Source of the DNA: Guillardia theta CCMP2712
Taxonomy: Eukaryota > Protista > Cryptophyta
Direction: 5' to 3'
Assembly: GCF_000315625.1 (NCBI RefSeq)
Contig: NW_005434634.1
Coordinates: 458,531 to 522,530, forward strand
Length of the DNA: 64,000 bases
Positions 42,001 through 54,000 of the stretch are shown in pieces. The translations under genes were made by a program, and so were the position numbers. Under the pieces are notes generated by a model. That model made no database searches and was not told where the DNA came from. It was given only the letters and a program-made list of their open reading frames with translations. Numbering within the stretch: position 1 is the stretch's first letter; the number at the start of each line of letters is the position of its first letter.

Positions 42001-45000
42001 TATTTATACATTAGTCGTTGATCCTTTTGATCCATTAGTTATTGCAGAACCTCCTGTTTGCAGTAGCCTGCAAATAAGAAAGTATTTTATAGAATGGGAA
42101 GATTTATCATCCCTGTGGCTGAATCGAGATGATACTCGAATCAGTCTTTTCATACAAAACAACGATACGATTTTGGATGAAGGAAACTTTACTTTCAGAT
42201 GTAAAGCAGAGGGAAGTGCTTCAATTTGCGCAATCCTTGCTTTCATGGGAAGGACCAAACAAACTTGTGTGAAAGTCCTATGCATTTCATCCTTGTACGT
42301 CGAAATTCTTACTGTTCCTTGGCCATCTCTCTCTGATAACTCAATTTTTAAGAGAACCCTGAAGCCGATTGGAATAAGTAAAGTTGCTCATGAGAAGTTT
42401 TTGGAGTCGCTGCAAATCAACGCAAGTTTAACTTCGAGTTCATTAACACGTCATTGGATTTCTCACTTAGTTTCTCAGAAAGAAATTTGTGATGTCCGTG
42501 AATGTAGACTTGTGCGAATCTCTTTTGAAATTTTGGATCCTCTCAATCTAACTTTTGTCAGTTCCTTAGAGGGAGATAATCAAAGCTTATTTATGCATAA
42601 AACTGTTGTCAACATAGAATCCAGAACGGTAAAACTTGTTGGGAAATTGTTAGTGCTGTCAGCTGGTGCTTCAGTCGAATATCTGGTCTCACCAGCGTGG
42701 GAAATTCAAGTCTTATCATCTCCTGCTTCCGTAATTGGTCTTGATCTTCAATTTCCAGAATTATTTACAGGAATCAAAGGATCCCAACGTCACATTCTTT
42801 GCATAGTAGAGATCGAGGATGAATGTGAATTTGTCAACAATAGTCCACAATACAACATTTCAGGCCGAATCACTGGGATAGTAACAAATCGAACTGTTTG
42901 TTTGAACAGGCTTCAAATGCCTACAAATCTTGTCTCTGCTCACCTGAATTTCTCTGCATCGAATCCGGACAGAATTATGGTATATGAAGACGGTATGGCA
43001 ACACTTCTAGAATCTCATTTTGATAGGGTATTGATCAAAGGATACATGATGAACAACATACAGGATGAAATTGGAGTATGGGTTAATCTCAAGGCAAACC
43101 AAGGAGATTTTGATATCGGGAATATGTATGGACCACCATTTTTATCCCTCTCTTCAAAAGACTTCGTTGAGGTGCCAGTATACTTTCGAACAGACACTAT
43201 GAAGAGATTCGGAGCAATCCTTATCGATGTAGTGTTTGACACACAACAATTGAAATTTGAGAGCTGGAACGTGGGAGCCTCGGTAAAAAAGAGTCAGATT
43301 TGGACAAATCCGTACTACATGGATGAAAGTTCAGTCCCTGTATGCAGAATTTTAGCAATATTGAATGATTTCAAAGAAGACAACGAAGGATATGTACATG
43401 TAGTTGATTTAAAGATGATACCTTCGGTCGGTTACAAAGGATCTTCAATACAAGTCATCGTTCAAGAAGCGGTCTATCGAAATCAGTTGACAGCTTTTGA
43501 ATCCCCTCAGAGTGACATGTACTTGACTAGAACTTTGTCAATCGCTGGAAATGTATCTATTCCGGCATACAGAGAAGGAATCAGTGTACTTCGTATAGCA
43601 CACATGAGTGATTCTTGCGCAAACTTTCCTTCAAATCCAATGATCGTTTGTGGAATTATCATAGATGGAACTGGAGTCTGTTGGAATGGAAGCACAACGA
43701 TTTCTTTGCGAGGCGCAGATGGGTTTTTAGTACCAGATGATTACCATTGGATTCACATAACTGTTGGAATACAGCAAGTCTGTGGAATTACAGTCATGAA
43801 ACAGTTAATCTGTTGGAATTTTGTCACAAACACCATCGAGACTCGTGCAGGTGGTTGGAAGTACCTCTCAAAAGAAAATGAGAATTTCTGTGCAATTGCC
43901 AACCAGGGAATAGTAGAATGTTGGAATTCTTCGTTATCAGATTGGAACGTGGTAACTTACACCAGTTCATGGGAGATTCTTGCTGTTTCTAATGCTTTCC
44001 AGTGTGGCATTGACAACAAACGATTTTTGTCTTGTATTTCGGATACGTCGATGCAAATCGACTATGAAGGAGAATACTTTGATCTTATCAATGACGAAAA
44101 TTATCTTTGCGCCATCAACAATCAGGCTATGATTGTTTGTTGGGTAAACCATGATATTCAAAAATCGTTACTTCTAGACATGTCAGACTGCTTGCATTTA
44201 TCTTCGGCAAGTCCATCGAGGTTCACTGCAATTTTGAGAAACGGATCTGCATTTCTTTTCCATTTTGATTCTCTTTCCAGAACATTTTCTGCGACACCTG
44301 TTGTTTCTCTTGAGTTGCGCTGGGGCAGTATCTCAATAGGGGACCCGCTTTCGTGCGGAATTTTGACTAATGCATCGGCCATTTGTTGGAATACTTGTGG
44401 CGAGACACTTCTTAACGAGGCATTGCATGGAAAATTGTTTTCAACTGCATTTGTGGATATTGACCTGCAGTTCCCTTTGGTTGCGAATCTTCCTCCATCC
44501 AATCAATCAAATTGTTCATGGGTCAGACGTGTGCGAGGAAATGTCAACGCTGATTGCAAAATTACTGCACTAGATCTTGAGTTCTTATTGTGGTTTATCC
44601 ATGGTGTTCTACCTAAATGCTCAAATGATATACCCTGTGTGGGCAACCCATCAGATTCTCTGTTAGAATGCAGCCCAACATACAGCGTCTGCACTGGTAG
44701 GGGGGGGACACATCTGATGGACATGGATATGGATGGATTCATCACGATAAGAGATTCTGAACTTCTTGCTTCGACTCTTATTGGGACTACCTACATAGTT
44801 CTGCAATTTTGGATGCAGGAGATTGCTGGAGCTCAACCCATGTTGAAATTCTGGGTAAGTCTTGTTGATGTAAATCTTGATTCTCCAACAAACAAAACTG
44901 CATCAGTTTGGATCGAGACTAAAAATCTATACAGCACTGCATCTCAGACAATGTTCGTTGGAATTCAGGAGTCACCAGGAACTTGGCTTACTACGATTCA

Positions 45001-48000
45001 ATATCAAGATGCAAGTCAGGATGTCGGACTCGTCCTTATAGTAGAGAAAGATAACCAAGGAGTGGTGAGACAGGACACCTACCAAGAAAGCGAAATTTTG
45101 AATGGAACAAGCTTTATTCCATTGGTGTCTGTCAATGAATCAATAACGAGTGCAATTCAGTCTCAATTGAGATACCATAGTGTATCGACAGCAGGAAACA
45201 TGCTCTCAATATTTCTCCAAGCAAAAGACAACTTTGGGACTCCGCGGATGGTTGGCGGAGATCTCATTCAACTGGAAATATCTGCACGGCACATCAATGA
45301 ATCTGTTTGTGTTTCAGCAAGCAATGATGAAATCAAGTTGGATCATTGCGATATGAATGGATGCTTGGTGCAACTGTCAAGGAATGACACTTGGACAACA
45401 GTATGCCCAATCAACTTTGACTCCTTCGAGCTGAATTTGATTTGCAAATCCCTCAGTCTCTCTTCGGCACATTTTTTTTCGCAAAACATTACATACAATC
45501 TATCACACGAATCTACATATCCGTTATCTTGTAATGGAACTGAATCTTACATTTCTGATTGCATTCGAGATTTATCCATGATTCAACCATGCATGATGAG
45601 TGCTAGGATTTTTGCATGTTGTCAACTGATGAATGAATTTAGCATCGAGAAGAACATACAACAGGAAGTGATTGATCACAAGAATGGTTCGTACTCAATT
45701 TATGCCTTCTTGACCCTGAGTGCATCTTACTCGATCATTCCATCGATTAATCATCAACACATGACTAAAGGTATACTTGTGAATGTACTTCCCGCCAAAG
45801 CGTGTGCAGAAAGAACGATAGTCTATGGAGCAGGACTAACTTTGAATTTCGCTGGAAGTTGCGGTTCCTTCTCAATATTGGGACGTGACTCATATGGAAA
45901 TCTAGTTGATTTCGAATTTGGCGACATTCGTATCGAGCTATCTTTGCAGGGAAATATAGTACAGTCTTTGACGAAACCAGACGCGGATAACTACAAGAAT
46001 TGTGACTGTGAACTATTGTATCCTTTAGGAAAGGGCCGCATCATGAGCAGATATTTTCTAACTATCTCAGGAGTCTATGGCATTGGAATTCATTTGAATC
46101 ACTCGTTTTTTACGCAATACGATTCAGTTCTGCAAATTAAAGCATCAAATGTATCACCTTTTCAGACATTTGTTGAAATACAGTCGTTCATTCTCGTGGG
46201 AGAAAGGCAGTTAGTATATATTCATTTACGAGACGCATTCGGAAATTTGATTAAACAGCAAATTGTGAATCACAGTTTGTCTGTAGAATTGTATGGTCCA
46301 TCATATATTGAAACAGAATACACTTCGTCTGACTTGGACAATGGGACGTCAACCTATCAATTTGTGGCTACTGTGACTGGCAGATATCAACTTATTGCAA
46401 CTCTTGATGACCAACCCATTTCTGGAAGTTGTGATCAACCATGTATTTTGATAGCTTCACCAAACCCTGTGGCAGATTTCAGTACAGTACGTGGAAACGG
46501 GTTATCAGTTGCAACAGCTGGACAAATGTCTAAATTTGATATCATAAGTAGAGATCAGTATCTCAATTTGCGAACATCTGGACAGGACCAATTTATTGTA
46601 GATATTTATCCGTTGAATCCACAGACAACAACGTCCTCTATGCTTCTGCGCAAGGTCACTTATTACACAGATGGTCAGTACGTCGCTCAATACTCTCTGA
46701 CAAAATCAGGCCAATACAAAATACGTGTTGCTTTGTATACTTCAAACGATTGTTCAAACTTGACTTGCCAAACTATTTTGCAAAACAAAACTCTGTCTGG
46801 GAGTCCTTTCGACCTTCAAGTCCATCCATCAGATATCACTTCTCCCGAATCCAGTTTCATACATGGGAAGGGCGCTAGCATGTACTTTGGAGCATCTGGA
46901 ATCGCAGGCGAATTCAATGAATTTCTCATTCAAGCCATCGACATATTTGGGAACATTCAGGAGAGAGGTGGTAGCGAATATTTCTTCCACTTGATGGAAT
47001 ATCCTTGTTGCCTTTCAACGAACTTTGATCTCATCCCAGCGTGCTGTGCAGGGAACATGGGACCCAAGATTTCAGACATACCACCACAATGCAGTAATCT
47101 TTCCATGTCTCTTTATGGAATTGAGACCTGTTTAGAAGGCTGCACAAATACTTCTTGTATGGACAATCTTCATTGGAAGAGTTGTCCAGTAGACAACTGC
47201 TCAATCATAAGCACCAATCGCTTCGGATTTGTATATGGAAGCTTCAGAGACTGGGGGACTGGAAGCTATACACTCTCCTACCTTGTTACCACTGCAGCAA
47301 AATACATCTTAAGGGTTTACATGAATGTATCTAAAGATGGAAAGATCACCGCACAAGAGGTAGGTACATACAATCAAATTTCTTCTTCAGCTGGAGGTCT
47401 AAACCAGCTAAATACTTCCACCATGTCGACAGAATACTCTACTGAATCACATTCAAGCCCTCTTGTCATATCAGTTGCACCTGCTGCAACAAATTTTCCA
47501 TCTTCAAGGGCTCGAGGCCAAGGCATATCTTTTGCGATTGCTGGTGTAAATACAAGTTTCTTTATAGATACACGAGACCGTTACGGAAATCTCAAAACTG
47601 ATACAAAAGATAAGTGCTGGGAAATCAAGATCAGAAATTTCCAAAATACGGATCCCATCATTGTGAGTGATATTAGTGGTACCAGCGGCGGTTCGTATTT
47701 GGTGACCTATTTGATCACTGTTGCTGGTCAATATATCTTGTCCGTAGGATGCTACGGTGTTCACATCATGCAAAGTCCATTCCAAATAGAAGTAAAATCT
47801 GGTCCCTCTGGAATCACTTCATATCCGTTTGGCACGTCTCTCAATCAATCTAGAGCTGGCGATGTTTTTGAATTTTTTATCCAAGCAAAAGACGACTTTG
47901 GCAATGCTAAGACAGTGGCTGGTGATGAATTTCGAGTTCTGCTTATTCTCACAACAAGGAAGGTTCGGATCTCATCGAACGTCACAGACTTGGGACTCAC

Positions 48001-51000
48001 AAATCTCAGTAGCTGGTCTACTTACGTAGGCTTGCAACCCGGAAAATACCTTGCAGAGGCGATGATAACAATATCTGGAATTTATGAAATGTGGATCTCT
48101 GTGCAGCCCAAAAGCTCTGAAGGAATATCTGCAAACTGTCTGGAAGACTGCTTGACACTTGACGGTCTCTCATGTTGCTTAAACATACAGAACAGTCCGT
48201 TTCCTCATGTAGTTCTGCCAGCATCCAGGTCGACTCAAGAAAGCATATTGATAACAAATGCATCAATATTTCTGCCTCCATCAGTTTGGACTGTTGGTTC
48301 AAATTTGACGATGCAAATTCAATCAAGAGACAGATTCGGAAACAATATAATAACGGAATCCATACTTGCCGACAATCGATTGGGAATAGTTTATTCATCC
48401 TTGAATTTTTCAGCCAAAGGGCCAGACAACAGCGCTCTTGTACCAAGAACCTACGTCGATCCTTGCAGAGAATATTATCAGGGTGTTTGCTCCCTGCGTG
48501 CTCCGACTGTGCGGCACGAGCCTTGGAACTTCTGGATCTCTGATCTCTGGGGGCCATATGATTTGGGCAACGGGCTGTCAGATATCATGATCTACGTGAC
48601 GGTAGCGGGAAACTATGAATTATATGTCATGGACACAAACGGTTTGATGTTACAGAATGTACCATATTCAATTTACATGCAACCTGCCATAATTGCATAT
48701 GAAAATTGCCTATTGATTTGTTCCGAATCATGTTCGGCTTGTACCGAAGATAACCTCAACAAGATCAGGTTTTGTGGCTCATCAGATTTGAAGAGTCCGA
48801 CAGCTGGCGACACTTTTTCGTTCAAAATACAGACGAAGGACTATTTTGGAAATGATCTTACCTCAGGGAGTGCCAACTTCGTTATTCTTCTCTCAACTGT
48901 TTACTCGAGTCCGCCAAAAATATCTCACGGCAAATTTGGAATGAACACAGGTTCAGATCGAGTATTTGGATTTGAGAATATGACTGAAGCGTATGCCGTA
49001 TCGAATTCAGATGGAACATATTCCGTATTTTCTTTTTCAGAAAAAAGTGGCGTTGCTTCTATGAGTATTAAAGGCTTCGACGGCGTTAGAGAGGTGTCCA
49101 TCCTGGGAAGTCCATTCCAACTCTTGATTGAACCGTCAACAAGTCAAGCAAATAATACACTTGCAGATGGGGAAGGATTAATACACTCAACAGCTGGGAT
49201 ACTAACCACGTTTGTTGTACAAGCAAGAGACAAGTTTGGAAACTTTCGAAATAGAGGAGGAGATCACGTCGAAGTTTACGCTATGACAAATGATTTTCAA
49301 TATAATGCTACGGTAATTGATTGCATGGACGGAAGTTACAACGTGTCGTACATCCTGACGAGAAGTACATCATACTCGATTCACGTCAAACTAAATGGTA
49401 AAGCCATTTGGAATCATCTGACAACAAGCTATGATCCATGGCAAGTCCAAATTTCTGCTGCACCAAGTTTTCCACCATATTGCTCACTTGTTGGAGAAGG
49501 AATTTATGGTGGAAGATTACTTGCGTTGATAACTTTTACTATTGTGACTCGTGATGAATTTTCGAATATCAGAACCAACGGTGGTTACGGAAGCATTGAC
49601 CAGTTCAATATATTCCTGGTGGGCGTGGGGGGAGCCGCTGAATCAATGAATACAACAATTTTTCCTAATATATTTGATCCTCACGATGGACAATACTTGG
49701 CTTCTTACAGGACAACTGTAAGCGGGACATATAAATTGTATGCATACCTTGATTATAACTGCCCTCCTGGGTTCCAGAGCCAAGCAGACTGTGGCAATCG
49801 TCTTCAAGTACAAGGAACACCCACATATGCTTATCTTCTTGCAGATAATATTTCAGCCTCACTCTGCTATGCATTTGGCACAGGATTTCATCGTGGTACA
49901 GCTGGAAATAAAGAGACATTCTACATTCAAGGGATAGATATCAGAGGCAACAAAAAGACTCAAGGAAGTGAAATTTTTGTTATTACCATGACTGCAACCT
50001 TCGATCAGAAACTTTCCAATAGATTCATATCAAGTTCCATCAACGATGGCACTTTTGCTGCTTCTTACAATTTCACTACTTCAGGGGATTTTTCGATAAT
50101 CATAACTTTAGCAGGAATCCACATCTCAAATTCCCCTTCAATTGTCAAGGTAGACCCAGCTGAGATCTTTCCACCGAATAGCAGAATGTTTGGAAATGGC
50201 CTGTCGTTAGCCACTGTGGGATTGGATTCAACCTTCTCACTTCTTTGCAAAGACAAATTCGGTAATTTGAACGATCTTTATGTGCAGTATCCTGATTCGG
50301 TATTGCAATGCAACACATCTTTTGAGGTTTTGGAATATCGGTATCCCAGATGGAAGATAATCAATTCATGCAATTACACCCTGCATGTTTCGGCAAAACC
50401 AAATCAACGTGGACTTTATCAAATGACTTTCATGTCCACCAGAAGCGGCGAATTTCTTCTTCAGATAACATTTCAGGGTGCTCATTTAAGTGGAAGTCCA
50501 TATTCACCAGTAAAGATCACCACACAAGCATTCGATGCGCAATATAGCACTGTTGTTGGCCTGGTGCCTGCCTATGCAGACGATTGGTATGCAGATGTCA
50601 GTGGGATCATGGTTGTAGTAAGACCCAGCTTTGTCGTGGTTCCTCAAGATGTATATGGCAATCATCGCCCATGTCCAAATCAATGTGTCATGAAAGTGGT
50701 TGTATATCAAAATTCAACGCAGGCTTTGATTCAAGACAACAGTGCTGTTTCTTTGGCGTCCAATCCATTGGACGTTTTTACAATCATGCTTCTTGCAACA
50801 ATTCAGGGGAACTATATTGTGTCTATCACCATAGATTTCAAGCATATTTTGGGAAGTCCCTTCAATATTTTCTTGAGTCCCGGTAGAGCATTTCCATTGA
50901 AAGTAACCACAGAGGGATCAGGATTATATTCGCCTCAAAACAATTTGATCGCCAGGGCTGATGACTTATATGCAATTTCCAAATTGACAGCATACGACAG

Positions 51001-54000
51001 ATATTCTAACCGCAAAACTGTAGGAGGTGAAACTTTCAATGTTGTGATAACGCACATATCGAATAGAAATTTGAGACTACCCTCAAAATTAGTAGACCAT
51101 GCTGATGGCACGTACTCATTGTTTTATAATTGTACAAGAGCTGGAAATTATACAATATGGATAATGATGGACATATTTCATGTTGCTAACAGCCCTTTTC
51201 TTCCGACAGTTTATCCTGGTGTAACCAATACCAGAATGACTATCGCATTGGGAAGATCATTACAAGCTGCGGAGGTAGATTCTCTCACAACGTTCGTGAT
51301 TCAAGCCCGAGATCAATTTGCCAATGATCAAATAGGTTGTGGCGATTTGTTTGATATAGAGGTGTACGGTGGCCCACTATCACAACAACCCTCGTACATT
51401 TGCGATGGAAATGAAAATGGTCTGGCAGCGATGTCTATCTTTGATCCAACTGACCTCGGAAATGGTAAGTACCGAGTATCTTTCATAGCAAGTGAAATTC
51501 AAAGGTACAGTATTTGGATTATGCAAAACGGCATCCACATTCATGGAAGTCCTTTTTCTACACAGATGTTCGAAGCTTCTCGAATTCCTGAACCAAGTCA
51601 GTGCTTTGCTGCCGGTGACGGACTCACTGGAATCATTGCAGGAGTCACAGGAACGTTTACAATACAAGCAAGGAATATTTTTGGAATCGATCTCACTGCT
51701 GGCAATATCGATTTTAAGGTTTCAGTACAATCCTCTACCGGTGTGTACCTGATCGCGTCAAACGCAATAATTTCGTACATAGGAGCATGCAAAACTCCAC
51801 CAACTCAGCCTTGCGGACTTGGACTGTATGCGGGTCGCTTCAATGTAACTGTGAGTGGAATCTATCAGCTGTACGTCACATTGCAGTCGCAAAATGTGTT
51901 GAATAGTCCGTTTCAGATCAACGTCCTGTCAAATAGATCAAATGCAAACATGACATATGCTTCCGGAGATGGCTTGAATGCGGTCGAGGCCGGAAGGTTA
52001 GCTAATGTGTTTATCACTCTTATGGATTCTTTCAAGAACCTTCAGACAAACCCAGCGTTTTCAAACGATTTTGTGGGATGTGTCCTAAACCATCAAAGTT
52101 TAAATGTGAGCAAAACTTCCCTTGCTGTTTCCATCTGCCAATACTCAATTACAAAATCTGGTCAGTACAAATTGGAAATATATTTGAACCAAATCCCCAT
52201 AAAAATGAGTCCTATCAACATCATTATAGTTTCTTCTTGGCCATTTTCTGGAACCTCTTTGATACTCGTAAATTCTTCGTCAATAACGACTGTATCTGGA
52301 ACAACGAACAAGCTCGACGTTATTTTGGGTGATCAATATGGCAATACAATTCTCCGTGGAGGTTATCTCAAACCACAAAATATCACTATCAGGTTTAGCG
52401 ACGTATGTGCCATCCAATGGTTACCAGATGTCTGTCACCTTCATTCCGGGTACATTCAAGATGTTCTTGACTATCAGAATGGAACCTATAGTGTACTGTA
52501 CACAGCAACAGCCAGCGGACTTTACACCTTGTCTGTGAAAGTAGGGAATTTTGACATTTTGAAAAGTCCTGTATCATTATCAGTCAAGCCTGCTGCAATA
52601 AATCCTTCATCAAGCTATGCATATTGCTCGGGAAACTCGACAACTTGTGGACTGTATTTTGCAGTTGCAGGAACACCTACAAATTTTTTTGTGCAAGCAG
52701 TGGACAGGTATGGAAACAGGATCTCGATCGGTGGCGATGAAATTCGTGCCATAGTCAAGAGTTCCAGGTATTTTTTCGCAGGATTTCAAGACATGAAAAA
52801 TGGAAGTTATAATTTTTCCTACATGATTACGCAAAGTGCTCTTTTCATGATTGACATTGCTGTCATAAAAGTGCAAGGTGTTTTGCTTCCCTTGCCTTTA
52901 CCTGTCAAAAATAGCCCTGCACAAGTTCTTGCGTTTCCTGCAGAAATCCCTTCTGCAAGTCAATGTGTTGTATATGGCAATGGCTTATTAAATGGAACTG
53001 TGGGAACACAAAGTACCTTTATCATTGAAGCCAGAGATGTCTATGGAAATCGCAAGACAAAAGGGGGTGACTCGTTTTACGTGGTTTTGGCGTTGAACCC
53101 AAAACCTCTTGATAGCCCATACTACTTTGCAGACTTGATTGACCGTAGGGAGGGAACATACCGTGCAAGCTACACTCTCACTCGGTCGGGAAAATACTCC
53201 CTACAAATAGCGTATAGAAAAAGGGATTTTCCATTTGATTTGGATCCTTTGAATGGCAGCCCACTCAGTATCTGGATGGCTCCCACTTCAACTGATGCAA
53301 CCAATACATATCCTGCTGGAGACGCCCTTTCTGTTTGCACTGCAGGCATTTTTGGTGTATTCAAAATTGTTATGAAAGATAAATTTGGGAATATTCAGCT
53401 ATTTGGTAGTGATATTGCAAGCTTTGTCCTGAGCGGTCCAGCAATAATTGAAGGAAGCACCCAGAACAGCTCTTTAGGAAACGGGATGTTGCTGGGACAA
53501 TACTTTGCTACTGTCACAGGCAATTACGTTTTAGAGATCAAATTAAATGGAGATTTCATTCGGGGAGGAAGATTCAAGGTAAGGCTTCTTCCAGCAGAAA
53601 TATGTGCATTTCAATCTGAAGCCGATGGAAATGGCCTCGTCAGTGATATATATGTGGATGATCGTGTTTCATTTGAAATTTCTGCCCGAGATATTTACGC
53701 CAACGATCGAACCATAGGGGGAGATAGTGTTGTCGCGAAGGTTTACAAGTATATTGATGAATATGCAACTCCAATCTTGCTTGAATATGATTCGACATTT
53801 TTTGACAGCCAAAATGGAAAATACCTTGTCACATATTTCGTTACGCAAGGAGGACAATTTCGAATTTTTGTCATGGTTGGTGAAAACCATATTCGAAATA
53901 GTCCGTTTAATGTCACATTTCATCCAGGACAACCTTATCCACAAGCGTGTACAGTGAGTGGAGATGGCATCAAAGGAGGCTTGGTTCACGACGTTTTGAG

